DNA from: Deltaproteobacteria bacterium | Lineage (GTDB): Bacteria > Myxococcota_A > Bradymonadia > REDH01 | NCBI GenBank assembly: GCA_007693585.1 | Contig: REDH01000075.1 | Location: 9,066-73,065, forward strand | Reading direction: 5' to 3' | DNA: 64,000 bases | Shown here: positions 12,795-23,268 of the stretch, piece by piece | Layout of the letters: each line of letters starts with the position of its first letter | How positions within the stretch are numbered: the first letter of the stretch is position 1 | Position numbers and translations under genes: made by a program | Notes under the pieces: model-generated | The model's database searches: none | The model's input: the letters and a program-made list of their open reading frames with translations, nothing else | Told to the model about the DNA's origin: nothing

Positions 12795-15548
12795 TCAGCC
12801 GAGCCGGGCGAGGGCGGCCTCGAGGCTGGAGCGGGTCTGCCGGGCGGCTTCGAGGCGAGCCCGGTCCCTGGCGACGACGTCTGCGGGAGCACGCTCGACG
12901 AACCGTGGGTTGCCCAGCTTGCGCTCGAAGAATGCGATGTCCTCGATGGCGCGATCGAGCTCCTTGCGGATTCGTTCGCGCTCGGCGCCAGGGTCGACGA
13001 GTCCCTCGAACGGAATGACGATCTCCACCCCGGAGACCACGGATGTCGCAGCATCGTCGGGCCGGCTGGTCTCCGGAGGCCCTGTTTCGATAAGCTCGGC
13101 TCGCGTGAGGCGCTTGATGAAGCGCTCGCCTTCGCGAACGGCGAGAGCTGCCTCGGGGTTGGCGGTGAGCAGCAGAACGCGGGGCAGCGACCGGCCGGGG
13201 GGAATCTGACTCTCGCTCCGGATTCGGCGGATCGCGGTCACCACTTCGGTCATGAGCGTGACCCGGGCCGACTCCTCGGGCCATCGACTCATGGAGGAGG
13301 ACTCGGGGAATCGCGCGTGGCAGAGCAGCTCGTCCGGTCGCTCCGCAAGGTGCAGCGCTCCCCACAGCTCCTCGGTGATGAAGGGCGTGAAGGGATGGAG
13401 GAGTTTCAGAAGGCTGTCGAGGACGTGGCGGAGGGTGAGCTGTGCCGCCCGTCGGGCTTCCGGGGAGTCCTCGTCGTGGAGCACGGGCTTGGCGAGCTCG
13501 ACGTACCAGTCGCAGAATTCGTGCCAGGCGAAGTCATACAGGGCCTGGGCGGCCTCGTTGAAGCGGAAGTCACCAAGCGCTCGCTCCACCACCGCGCACG
13601 TATCGGCCAGTCGGGTCAGGATCCACTTGTCGTTGGACGAGAGGCCTGGTTCTCCGGAGGGCGCCGGTGCCGGTCCGGTCATTTCTCCAACGTGCATGTT
13701 GGCGAAACGAACGGCATTCCACAGCTTGTTGAGGAAGGCGCGGTAGCCCTCCACGCGACGGACATCCAGCTTGATGTCGCGCCCGGCCGCGGCGTAGATG
13801 GCCAGGGTGAGCCGAAGCGCGTCGGCCCCCTGGGCTTCGATGCCGTCCGGGAAGTCGCGCAGGAGCTGCTGATACGTGTCCCGTTCGCGCGGGTCGAGTC
13901 GGTCCGGGTGCACGCCGTCAATGAGGTGGAGGGGATCGATCACATTGCCCACGGACTTCGACATCTTCTGTCCGTGCCGGTCGCGTACCATCGCGTGCAG
14001 GAAGACGGTTCGGAACGGGACATCGTCCATGGCGTACAGACCCATCATGATCATGCGGGCAACCCAGAAGAACAGGATATCGAATCCCGTCTCGAGGACC
14101 TCCGTGGGATAGAAGCGCCGAAGGTCTTCCGTGTCCTCCGGCCAGCCCAGCGTGGAGAATGGCCACAGCGCCGAGCTGAACCAGGTGTCGAGGACGTCCT
14201 CCTCCTGATGGATCGCATCCGAGCCGCAGTGCGCACACCGGTCCGGATCCTGACGAGCCACGGTGACTTCGCCGCAGGACTCGCAGTTCCAGGCGGGAAT
14301 CCGGTGTCCCCACCAGAGCTGGCGGGAGATGCACCAGTCGCGGATGTTCTCCATCCAGTGGAAGTAGGTGCTTTCCCACTGCTCGGGTACGATCCGGATG
14401 CGTCCGTCGCGAACGGCGGCGATGGCCGGCTCCGCAAGGGGCTGCGCCCTCACGAACCACTGCTTCCCGATGCTCATGGGTTCGACGATGGCTCCGGTGC
14501 GCTGGGACCGGCCGCGGGCCAGCCGATGGGCCTCGATTCGCACGAGGAAGCCCTGGGCCTCGAGATCCTCGACGACCCGGTCACGGGCCACTTCACGATC
14601 GAGTCCGCGGTATCGCTCCGGGACCTCGTCGTTGAGGCAGCCGTCGAGGTCCAGGATCGTGATCGAGGGGAGCGTATTCCGACGTCCGGTTTCGAAGTCG
14701 TTGAAGTCGTGTGCTGGCGTGATCTTGACGGCTCCACTGCCGAACGCCATGTCGGCGGCTTCCGGATCGGTGATGATGGGGATGGTCCGGTCCGTGAGGG
14801 GCAGCGCCACGCTCTTCCCGTGGAGGTGCGTGTAGCGTGGATCATCGGGGTGCACAGCCACGGCGGTGTCGCCGAGGAGCGTCTCCGGCCGGGTGGTGGC
14901 CACGACGATTCGGTCGTCGGAGTCCACGACCGGGTAGGCGATGTGCCAGAGGTGTCCGTCCTCCTCTTCCTGCTCCACCTCGAGGTCCGAGAGCACGGTC
15001 TGGCCGACCGGATCCCAGTTGACGAGGCGGTCATCCCGGTGAATGAGGCCGTCTTCCCAAAGCCTGACGAAGATCTCGCGCACGGCTCGGCTGAGGCCTT
15101 CGTCGAGGGTGAAGCGCTCCCTGCTCCAGTCGAGGCTGGAGCCCATTCGCTTCATCTGGGACACGATGCGGTCGCCGTATTGGTCCTTCCATTCCCAGAC
15201 GCGGTCGACGAACGCATCGCGTCCGAGCGTGGGTCGATCGAGGCCCTCCTCACGGAGGCTGCGTTCGACCACCATCTGGGTCGCGATGCCTGCGTGGTCG
15301 GTTCCCGGGAGCCACAGGGCTTCGTAGCCGGACATTCTTCGGTGCCGAATCAGGATGTCCTGGAGCGTGTTGCCAAGAGCGTGCCCCATGTGGAGTGCGC
15401 CGGTGACGTTGGGGGGGGGCAGCACGATGGTCCATGCGGGCCGGTCGCTGGACGCGTTGGCCCTGAAGGCGTCCGCGCGCTCCCAACGATCGGAGCCACG
15501 TTGCTCCACTCGGGTGGGGTCGTAGCCTGCGTCGAGTTCCGTGCTCAT
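12795..15548 (-). CDS. valS: Valine--tRNA ligase
   Basis: PPPNVTGALHMGHA, DWCISRQLWWGH, DTWFSSALWP, KMSKS and the C-terminal coiled-coil arm. Confidence 0.98.
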   Translation of the reverse strand: MSTELDAGYDPTRVEQRGSDRWERADAFRANASSDRPAWTIVLPPPNVTGALHMGHALGNTLQDILIRHRRMSGYEALWLPGTDHAGIATQMVVERSLREEGLDRPTLGRDAFVDRVWEWKDQYGDRIVSQMKRMGSSLDWSRERFTLDEGLSRAVREIFVRLWEDGLIHRDDRLVNWDPVGQTVLSDLEVEQEEEDGHLWHIAYPVVDSDDRIVVATTRPETLLGDTAVAVHPDDPRYTHLHGKSVALPLTDRTIPIITDPEAADMAFGSGAVKITPAHDFNDFETGRRNTLPSITILDLDGCLNDEVPERYRGLDREVARDRVVEDLEAQGFLVRIEAHRLARGRSQRTGAIVEPMSIGKQWFVRAQPLAEPAIAAVRDGRIRIVPEQWESTYFHWMENIRDWCISRQLWWGHRIPAWNCESCGEVTVARQDPDRCAHCGSDAIHQEEDVLDTWFSSALWPFSTLGWPEDTEDLRRFYPTEVLETGFDILFFWVARMIMMGLYAMDDVPFRTVFLHAMVRDRHGQKMSKSVGNVIDPLHLIDGVHPDRLDPRERDTYQQLLRDFPDGIEAQGADALRLTLAIYAAAGRDIKLDVRRVEGYRAFLNKLWNAVRFANMHVGEMTGPAPAPSGEPGLSSNDKWILTRLADTCAVVERALGDFRFNEAAQALYDFAWHEFCDWYVELAKPVLHDEDSPEARRAAQLTLRHVLDSLLKLLHPFTPFITEELWGALHLAERPDELLCHARFPESSSMSRWPEESARVTLMTEVVTAIRRIRSESQIPPGRSLPRVLLLTANPEAALAVREGERFIKRLTRAELIETGPPETSRPDDAATSVVSGVEIVIPFEGLVDPGAERERIRKELDRAIEDIAFFERKLGNPRFVERAPADVVARDRARLEAARQTRSSLEAALARLG

Positions 15549-15747
15549 GTCACCTCTGTCGTTCCATGCGTCGGTGGACCTCCTGCGGGCGCAGCGGCAA
15601 CACCGAGCGGTGGTCTGCTGCAGCGCAGGCGCAGGGTTCTACTCCTCGAATGGCGACGGCACAACCCACGCCTGCCACGGTGCGCGGCAGGGGTGCGTCG
15701 CGGTGCCGTCGTCCCGGGAGGGGTGCGGGGAGGCCCGGCGGTTCGCG

Positions 15748-16998
15748 TCAGTCCTGCGTGTCGCGGTTGCCGATGCCCTCTGCGACACGCCGTTCGGCGA
15801 TGGAGGGAAGCTCCTTTTCCACGAACGCGTCGATGCGGGTCTTGGTGTAGGATTCGATTCGCGAGGCGAGCTGTTCGCGAAGCAGTTGCGCGAGCAGTTC
15901 GCGGACGATAGCGGGGAGTTCTTCCCGCACGATGGCCCGCAGTGCTTCAGGATCCAGCGGGCTCGCTGCGGGAGGGCCGGCGGCCGGGGCTTCCGTCGTG
16001 GGGGCTTGCGGGAGCCGGGAGGCTGTCTCCGGAGTTGCATCCATCGCCGAGGCAGCAGGGCCGGGTGCCTCGGGCGGAGGTGCCGGGGCTGCAGGTGCAG
16101 CCGGCGGCGCGGCAGCGGCTTCGTCGTCGACACTGGGCTGGTCCGAGGTGATGGCCTCGTTCCGTGGCATCGCAGGCCGGGCGGGGCGCGATGCAGGGGG
16201 CGGCATGAGCGGGCCAGGGCCTCGGAGGCCTCCCGGTCTGGGCAGTGCCCCCGGGGGGCGGAGGGAACCGGTGGAGGGTCTCCGCGGCGGGGGTGAGGCG
16301 GGGAGGGGGGGGCTCGTCGGTGGAGCCGGGGGTTCGTTGTCGATTGCGCCGATCTCGACGTCGAGGTCGGCGGTGTCGTCGTCCCCCATGGCGTCGGCCG
16401 GCATTGCGGCCTCGGGCTCGGCGGTGTCGTCGACGAAGACGAGGTCATCTTGCTCGTCGGGGTGCTCATGGAAGTCCGCGGACGTTCCCTCGTCCTCCTC
16501 GTCGTCGATGACGAAGACGATCTCTTCCTCGCCGTCCGGGTCGTCGACGGACGTGCCGATCGGGTCCAGGCTGTCGTCGGGTTCCGGTGCGGCGGGTTCC
16601 GGTGCGGCGGGAGGTGCAGCATCCCCCGTGGCAGCGAGCGCCTCGTCGATGGTCTCGAGCAGCGCCTCGCTGCGAAACGGCTTCAGGATGGATGCGTGTG
16701 CGCCGGCGGCGACAGCGTCGGCGTCCTCGTGGGGGTGCCACCGGCCGCCCACGAGGATGATGCGCATCTGGCTGCAGTCGGGATCTGCGCGGAGCGCCTG
16801 GCACAGGTCGACACCACTGCCATCCGGGAGGTGGTAGTCGATCAGGGCGATGTCCGGGGCGTGCGTGCGGATCTGGTCGCGCGCCTCGGCGGCTGACGCG
16901 GCGGTGAGCACGGTCCAGTCGGTGTTCCGGAACATCCAGTCCACCGCGGTGGTGACGGTGGTGCTGTCATCGACGATCAAAAGGGTCTTCGCCATCAT
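15748..16998 (-). CDS. romR: RomR-like polarity response regulator (receiver, acidic/Pro-rich disordered linker, helical C-terminal domain)
   Basis: Intact receiver (LIVDDS, ALIDYHLP, LKPF). The C-terminal ELPSIAERRVAEGIGNRDTQD resembles RomR-C. It lies directly upstream of valS, as I recall for Myxococcus romR. Confidence 0.78.
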   Translation of the reverse strand: MMAKTLLIVDDSTTVTTAVDWMFRNTDWTVLTAASAAEARDQIRTHAPDIALIDYHLPDGSGVDLCQALRADPDCSQMRIILVGGRWHPHEDADAVAAGAHASILKPFRSEALLETIDEALAATGDAAPPAAPEPAAPEPDDSLDPIGTSVDDPDGEEEIVFVIDDEEDEGTSADFHEHPDEQDDLVFVDDTAEPEAAMPADAMGDDDTADLDVEIGAIDNEPPAPPTSPPLPASPPPRRPSTGSLRPPGALPRPGGLRGPGPLMPPPASRPARPAMPRNEAITSDQPSVDDEAAAAPPAAPAAPAPPPEAPGPAASAMDATPETASRLPQAPTTEAPAAGPPAASPLDPEALRAIVREELPAIVRELLAQLLREQLASRIESYTKTRIDAFVEKELPSIAERRVAEGIGNRDTQD

Positions 16999-17175
16999 CC
17001 GCCTGTCGCTGCCTGGGGTTGTCCGGTCACTGCCCGGCGTTCGGTTGAACGTGCCCGGGCAGTTCGGCGTCGTCGAGCCGGGCTTCTGGCTCCGACGAAC
17101 GGCCGGGTGGGCCGAGGCAAGCCAGCTCCGCTCTCCTGACGCCTCGGCGGGCGTATCACCTTGCCCGGCGGATCG

Positions 17176-19533
17176 TCAACTTCCGCGCGCCGGACAGGGC
17201 GGCAAGGGGGTCGTGGAGGCCGGGGAGTGCTCGAGGGCGGAAATGGTGAGCGGTCCGGCAGCGGAAGACAGATGGAGGCGTCCGTCGCTGTCGGATTCGA
17301 GGGCGGCGCACACGCTGCGCCAGGCGTCGTCGACCAGGCGCGCGAGTTCCCCGGATTCGAGTCGAAGGGCCACGAAGCGAGCGCCGTCCGTGACCAGGTG
17401 CTCGGCCCCGATGGAGACGGTGGTGCCGTCTGCCAGTTCGGCGAGTGGAGGTGTGGTGTTCAGGCGCAGGCGGGTGACGAAATGCCCCGTGAGGTCGACG
17501 AGCACCGGATACGTGTAGGGCGGAATACGGAGGACCCATGTACCGGCTGTGGTTCGTTCGAGCGAGCGGTGGAAGAGGGCGGCGAGCCGTTGGTTCGTGA
17601 AGCGGACACCCTCGTGATGCCATCGCCCGAACGGATCGAGACGGATCTCCTCGAGTGGTGAGCCATGGGCAAGAAAGTTGCGAACGGCCGAGGGGATCTC
17701 GGGATCGGACAGTGCGCGGTCGCGAAGAAGATCGAGTCGATTGACGTTGGTCATGCCGAGGAACTCGTGCGGATGGGATGTGCCGGGGGGCGAGGCTGCT
17801 CGCTCCGGTTCCGGCAGGACTCCTCGGCGGAGGTAGCGGCTGAGGCGCTCCCCGTCCACCAGCACGAGGCGGTGATCGTCGACGACGCGGGGCTCGCCCC
17901 GGAGGACGATCGTTCGCGTTCCGGGAGTGCTGGGGATGGCGACGGACAGGTACTCCTCGCCGGTCCGGTGCGTGGCGAGTACGGGCTGGCTGGCGAGCTG
18001 CATTCCCCGCTGCAGTCCCGCACGGTCGGCTGGCGAGCCGGGGACCACGGACGTGATGTACCAGGTGTTCCGAAACGTCCGGTCGAATCGAAGGCCGAAG
18101 TCCATCACCGTGACGGACCGGACGGACGTGGCGATGCCGATGTCCGAGAGTGCCGGGAGAAGCGAGGCGAGAGACTCTCCCGTCGCCGTTGCGCGCTGCA
18201 CGGCGGTCCAGTCTCCGCCGGTCCGGGACTCGAGCAGGGACATGAGTCGCGCGGTCGTCAGTGACGCTCTCGTCTGCCGTGGTTGCTCGGCGAGCCACGT
18301 GACGAACGCCCCAAGACTGTCTTCCCCACGGGACCGCAGTCCGAGATCGATGATTGCCCCCAGGAGCAGTCCGACGTCGTAGGGCAGACGCTGCTCGGCG
18401 CCATGGGGGGGGGCGTGCGAGAACACGAGCATGTCCTGGACATCGTGTCCGGCGATGGCGCGCCAGGCGGCGTCGAGTCGGCTGGCGAAGGCGCTCGGAG
18501 GCATGAGCTCGGCTGCAGACAGGGACAGCAGGGCGAGATAGTCCGTGACTCCCTCGATGAACCACCCCATGTCGCTGGCCGAGCGGGGCGCGGGGCGGAT
18601 GCGATGACCGATCAGCCGATGCATCTCCTCGTGCGCGACGAGTTCGACGAGAGCGTGTCCGAGAGGCGGTCCTTCGGGGGGCACCTCGAGGATGTGTCCC
18701 CCGGGGAATGCCGTCCCCGTCAGCGGATTGAGCGGGTCGACGCGGGGGACGAGAACGGTCCAGGTCTGCCGATGGCGATGAAGGCGACGCTGGGCGCGGA
18801 TGACGTTGCAGATCAGCTCGGGGAGGGCGTCGGGAACGGGGACGGCGCTGAACACGGAGAGGAGCTCGCCTGCACAGAGATGGTCGAGGGCGCGCCACCG
18901 ACCCGCGAGAAGGACGGCGTCGTGCAGCTCGGAGAGCGTGACCTCGCGGTCGCGCGGCAGACCGGCGGCGACGATGTCGCCGGAGAGGGTCACGCGAATA
19001 CGAGGCGACAGGGGGAGATTCAAAGGAGCGGGCATCAGCGCGAATCCGGAGGCGAGCAAGCGGTCCCCATCCGAGAAGGCCCGATGCCTCGTCGCGTCAT
19101 CGAACACGCGAGTGGCCGGTGTGAGTGCCCACGAGACGGTGACCGGTCCCCTCCCGTCGGTCTGGAGCAGGAATCGCCCCGGACCGGCCGAAAGCACACG
19201 CAGGGGCACGCCTTCGTGGTCCGTGGCCGAGATGCCATGAATGTCATCCATGAACCCGGTGCGGCCCGCGAGGCTGGTCGGGAAGGCGAGGTCCAGCGGC
19301 CCGCCGGCGCCGGCGAGCAGCTCCTCCGGGACAACAAGGCGCGCGCGCAGCGAAGGGCCCCGATCGGCAGTGACGGTCAGTTCGAGCAGGGCCTCCGGTG
19401 CTGTTCGTGACCGCTCTGCCTCGGGCGACTGGCGCGACCCGCAACCCGACAGCGCTCCCAGGAGTACCAGGAGCAGGAAACCGGCGCTGACAGCATCAGG
19501 TGATGAATCGAACAGGGGAAACTGTGCGGGCAT
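17176..19533 (-). CDS. Lipoprotein with M61 glycyl-aminopeptidase-like domain and PDZ, in frame with a C-terminal DUF1285-like domain
   Basis: Lipobox LSGC; AHEEMH...WFIEGVTDY (HExxH plus E); PDZ VVPGSPADRAGL. From 17754 it reads IRLDPFGRWHHEGVRF...LFHRSL, resembling DUF1285. Start inferred. Confidence 0.72.
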   Translation of the reverse strand: MPAQFPLFDSSPDAVSAGFLLLVLLGALSGCGSRQSPEAERSRTAPEALLELTVTADRGPSLRARLVVPEELLAGAGGPLDLAFPTSLAGRTGFMDDIHGISATDHEGVPLRVLSAGPGRFLLQTDGRGPVTVSWALTPATRVFDDATRHRAFSDGDRLLASGFALMPAPLNLPLSPRIRVTLSGDIVAAGLPRDREVTLSELHDAVLLAGRWRALDHLCAGELLSVFSAVPVPDALPELICNVIRAQRRLHRHRQTWTVLVPRVDPLNPLTGTAFPGGHILEVPPEGPPLGHALVELVAHEEMHRLIGHRIRPAPRSASDMGWFIEGVTDYLALLSLSAAELMPPSAFASRLDAAWRAIAGHDVQDMLVFSHAPPHGAEQRLPYDVGLLLGAIIDLGLRSRGEDSLGAFVTWLAEQPRQTRASLTTARLMSLLESRTGGDWTAVQRATATGESLASLLPALSDIGIATSVRSVTVMDFGLRFDRTFRNTWYITSVVPGSPADRAGLQRGMQLASQPVLATHRTGEEYLSVAIPSTPGTRTIVLRGEPRVVDDHRLVLVDGERLSRYLRRGVLPEPERAASPPGTSHPHEFLGMTNVNRLDLLRDRALSDPEIPSAVRNFLAHGSPLEEIRLDPFGRWHHEGVRFTNQRLAALFHRSLERTTAGTWVLRIPPYTYPVLVDLTGHFVTRLRLNTTPPLAELADGTTVSIGAEHLVTDGARFVALRLESGELARLVDDAWRSVCAALESDSDGRLHLSSAAGPLTISALEHSPASTTPLPPCPARGS

Positions 19534-19791
19534 CGCGGCTCCGAACCGTCCGGACGAGCGTGACCATCCTGCGCAGCGAGCCATCTCCACGAGACGTTCG
19601 CGACAGGAGATGAGCCTAGCACGCCCCCCCGAGCTCCGCGAAGAATCGACGGATGATGAGCAGGCCCGTGCGCGCGTCATGATCCCGCGGTGCGATGACT
19701 CGGGGCCGGAGACCGGACTGTCGTGAGGAACCACTGCCCACTGATGCCAGCTCGGCGCATCGTTCGCTCACCCCCCTCCGCCAACAGAACC

Positions 19792-19821
19792 TTGCAAAAG
19801 GAACCCCGCACGGCTAGCAAT
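19792..19821 (+). promoter_or_regulatory. Possible sigma70-type promoter of the Agl/Glt-like cluster
   Basis: TTGCAA-N17-TAGCAA(T) about 40 nt upstream of the first gene; weak -10 match. Confidence 0.3.
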
Positions 19822-19862
19822 GCGTGAGCTGAAGCGTCCACAGTTCACTCTGGAGAACCGGA

Positions 19863-20579
19863 ATGAAGAAGAGGCTCATCGTCACGGCGGTTGCTGGCAC
19901 CGTCGCCCTGCTCCTGCTTTCGCCCGCCTCCGCCGAAGCGGAAGGCGACGATTCTCCGACTGCCGGCATGATTGCGCAGGCGGGAGATGCTGCGAGGGAC
20001 GGCAGTCGGACGGAACAGCGCCCCCTCGACTTCGACATGCGCATGCGCGAGATCGAAGACCGCGTCGGAGAACTCAAGGACGAGGTCTTCCGTTCGCGTT
20101 CTCGCCTCTTTCTGCTCCGCGAGCAGGTGCTTCAGGATCGAATCGGCGGATCCAGGGTCGTGATCAACCACCGCGACCGCCTGGGCAACCGCTACCGCGT
20201 GGTCCGGGTGCTCTACGCGCTCAACGGCGAATCGGTGTTCGTGGCCAACGAGGATACGACGGACTTTGCGGCCATTCGACACCATCAGGTTCACTCGGGA
20301 TCGGCCATTGCGGGTCCCCAGAACATCACCGCTCAGGTGTGGGTCGTCGGGAACCCGCTCGGTGTCTTCTCCTACATGTCGGGTTATCGCTTCACCATCC
20401 GGAACGCGCACTCCTTCAGCGTGGAAGAGGGCCAGACGGCCGAGATTTCGGTGGTGATCGAGAGCCGGGGCGGCGTGAACACGCCCATCGACGAGCGGCT
20501 CGTCGTTCGCTTCGATGCCGACTTCTACGACACCGTGGATGGGGTCGGTGACGAGGTCGCTGCCGGGCAGACCCCCTGA
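19863..20579 (+). CDS. Exported coiled-coil plus beta-sandwich hypothetical protein, first gene of the Glt-like cluster
   Basis: Signal peptide; MREIEDRVGELKDEVFRSRSRL coiled coil; GVFSYMSGYRF. The stop overlaps the next start (TGATG). Confidence 0.8.
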   Translation: MKKRLIVTAVAGTVALLLLSPASAEAEGDDSPTAGMIAQAGDAARDGSRTEQRPLDFDMRMREIEDRVGELKDEVFRSRSRLFLLREQVLQDRIGGSRVVINHRDRLGNRYRVVRVLYALNGESVFVANEDTTDFAAIRHHQVHSGSAIAGPQNITAQVWVVGNPLGVFSYMSGYRFTIRNAHSFSVEEGQTAEISVVIESRGGVNTPIDERLVVRFDADFYDTVDGVGDEVAAGQTP

Positions 20580-23263
20580 TGTTCCTGCGCTTTCCTCATC
20601 TCGGGGTCTCCGCGTTCGCCGCGTGTCTGGTCCTCGTTCCGCCTGTGACCGCATCGGCCCAGTCGGTAGGCGATCTGCGCTCTTCCGTGGAGCGAGTCGA
20701 GGGCATCATCGCGGACATGGCGACGTTCGATGAACGCTTTCTCGGTGATCTCTACATCGATCGGGCACGAGACTTCGAGCGCCGGATGGTGGAGGGACGG
20801 CTCCTGGTCGACCTCGAGCAGCATGATGCCGCGGCCATCCTGCTGATGGACCTGTTCGAAGACCCCCGGCATCGTGAGCGTCCGGAGCGCACGGAGCTGC
20901 AGCGCCTGCTGGCGGACAGCCTGTACGCATCGGGGGTGCATGATCTTGCGGTGCTGCATTACCGGGCGCTGTTGTACGAGCGAGATGCGGAGCTTCAGGT
21001 GCATGCGGGTCAGCGCCTGCTGGACATCGCCCTCCGAACGGGGCGCGTCGACCGTCTGCCGGAGACTCTCCGTGTGCTTGAGGAGGCCCTTCAGGGTCGG
21101 GACGCCGACGACGAGCTCAACTATCTGCGTGGCCGGGCGCTCTTCCACACCGGGGAGCGCCAGGCCGCCCTTCGGGCGTTCGATACCGTTCGCGGGAGCA
21201 GTTCGCTGGCAGAACGAGCATCCTACTTCGCAGCCGTCGTCGAGGCGGCGCTGGGGGACCACGAGGCTGCCCTGAGTCGGTTCCGCGATCAGTTCACGCG
21301 TCTCGCAGACGCCGGCGATGAATTGGCCAGAGAACTCCGCAACCTTGCGGCACTCGGTGCGGCGAGGGTTCTCTACGAGCAGGGGAACTGGACCGGCGCA
21401 CTGGGATTCTACGGTCGCGTGGATGCGGATTCGCGGCACTTCGACCGAGCGCTCTACGAGAGCAGCTGGACGATGATTCGCCTGGATCGCTTGCCGCAGG
21501 CCAGTCGCGATCTGGAGATTCTGGCTCTCACCGCACTGGACAGCCGAGTTCGGCCCGAGGCGCTGCTGCTGCGGGGCGAGACGGAGCTGCGGCGTGGCGA
21601 GTTCGACTCGGCTGTTGCCGTCTTCGAGGAAGTCAGGGCGGCCTATGAGCCGATCGAGGACGAGGTGCGAGACGCCATGGGTCTTCTCCAGCGCCGCGTG
21701 CGGGAGGAGGGGGTGACCATCGAGGGCTTGCGGATTCGACGCATCCTGTCGCCCCGCGCGCGCGACTGGCTGGATCGGGGGCGGGGGTCGGCCTCCCTGC
21801 TCGAAGACCTGGAGGACCTTCAGGCGGAGTTGCTGTTTCAGGTACAGCTCGTCGAGGACCTGAACGAAGCGCTGGCGCTCGATCGGCAGATCGCGGGATT
21901 TCCCATCCTGCGGAACGGCTGGAACCTCGCGCTGCAGTACCGAATGGAACTCGTGGCCATGGAGTCGTCGTTTCTCGACATGGAGCGCGATGCGCTCTGG
22001 GATCGACTGTCCGATGAAGAAAGGACGCGCTATCGAAGCATTCGCAACCAAAGGGTGATGCTGGCCCGCCAGGTGCAACGTCTGCCCAGCACAGCCCGGG
22101 CGATGGGGGAGCGAGAGGAACAGCGTGCGGCGCGAATCCGAGGCGCCGAGCAGGAACTCTTCCTTGCCATGCAGGAGCTGGAGGCCGATTCGGCCAGGCT
22201 CGATGCGATCGAGCAACTCGTGCGCGACGCACAGCGCCGCGGGGAGCCAATGGAGGACGAGGAACGGATTTTCGGGAACCTGGAGGTGTCACGCCAACGC
22301 GCTGCCGCCAGGATGGAAGTTGCGGAAGATCTGCGTCGACGACTCTCCCGCCTGCGTGCCGAGGCGCTCGGTGGAGGAAGCCTTACCCCGGATGAACGAG
22401 CCGCGCTCGACGCGTACGAGACGGTCGTTCTCGAGGAGCGTACCTTTCTTCAGCAGTACCGTTCCCGAGTGAGAGGATTGTCACCTGTCGACCCGGGGCG
22501 AGGCGACGCATCCGGGCGCGTTGCCCGCCTGCAGGCCGAAGGCGTCCTCGTGCGACGGGACCTGCGACAGCTACTGGACGAGATCGGACCGATCGAAGCC
22601 GCCCTGGATGACGAGCAGTCGCTCACGGAGAGCGAGCGCTCCCGAGCCCGCGCCGAGCTTGATCGATTGCGGGCCGACCTCGCTGCGCTGCTCGAACGGC
22701 TCGACGACGAGGTGGTGGCAAGGCTTCAGCGCGAGGAGGCAGCTCTCGGTGACGTCGTGGACGAGAGCGAACACGAACGCACCGCGAGGGTGGAAGAAAT
22801 GGTCGATGATCTGATCCTGCTGGAGCGCGGCGCGCTGACCGCGGCCGAGATCGAACGTCGAAGGGAACTGCTTGGGCGGATCGACGAGGCCCGGGCCCGT
22901 CGTGATGTGGCAGAGCGCCAGGTGGCGGGGTTCTTCGCCGCCGCACAGGCGGTCGTGGCTGCTGAAGGTGATCGACTGCGGATCGCGCTCGATGCAGCCA
23001 CCGATGAAGTGATCGCCCTTCAGGAGCAGTACGTGGTCACGGAAGCCGTGGCGCGACGCGCGGCGCTCGATCAGGCGCTCCTCGCCCTGGCTGGGGTGCG
23101 AGACCGCTTCGCCGATATCAACCTTCGGGCGAACCTGGGCGTGCTGGACGTCTCATGGCGCGAGTTCGAGGAAGCCACAACCGAGCGTCGGAATGTCACA
23201 CAGGAGCGAATACGTTCACTCAATGTGCTTCGCGCCGACTTCGAAGAGATTCTTGGGGAGTAG
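20579..23263 (+). CDS. Exported TPR / long coiled-coil protein (GltC-like)
   Basis: Signal peptide (ASA-QS), N-terminal TPR-like helices (YLRGRALF, AARVLYEQG, ALYESSW) and about 450 aa of predicted coiled coil. Confidence 0.75.
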   Translation: MFLRFPHLGVSAFAACLVLVPPVTASAQSVGDLRSSVERVEGIIADMATFDERFLGDLYIDRARDFERRMVEGRLLVDLEQHDAAAILLMDLFEDPRHRERPERTELQRLLADSLYASGVHDLAVLHYRALLYERDAELQVHAGQRLLDIALRTGRVDRLPETLRVLEEALQGRDADDELNYLRGRALFHTGERQAALRAFDTVRGSSSLAERASYFAAVVEAALGDHEAALSRFRDQFTRLADAGDELARELRNLAALGAARVLYEQGNWTGALGFYGRVDADSRHFDRALYESSWTMIRLDRLPQASRDLEILALTALDSRVRPEALLLRGETELRRGEFDSAVAVFEEVRAAYEPIEDEVRDAMGLLQRRVREEGVTIEGLRIRRILSPRARDWLDRGRGSASLLEDLEDLQAELLFQVQLVEDLNEALALDRQIAGFPILRNGWNLALQYRMELVAMESSFLDMERDALWDRLSDEERTRYRSIRNQRVMLARQVQRLPSTARAMGEREEQRAARIRGAEQELFLAMQELEADSARLDAIEQLVRDAQRRGEPMEDEERIFGNLEVSRQRAAARMEVAEDLRRRLSRLRAEALGGGSLTPDERAALDAYETVVLEERTFLQQYRSRVRGLSPVDPGRGDASGRVARLQAEGVLVRRDLRQLLDEIGPIEAALDDEQSLTESERSRARAELDRLRADLAALLERLDDEVVARLQREEAALGDVVDESEHERTARVEEMVDDLILLERGALTAAEIERRRELLGRIDEARARRDVAERQVAGFFAAAQAVVAAEGDRLRIALDAATDEVIALQEQYVVTEAVARRAALDQALLALAGVRDRFADINLRANLGVLDVSWREFEEATTERRNVTQERIRSLNVLRADFEEILGE

Positions 23264-23268
23264 CTGCG

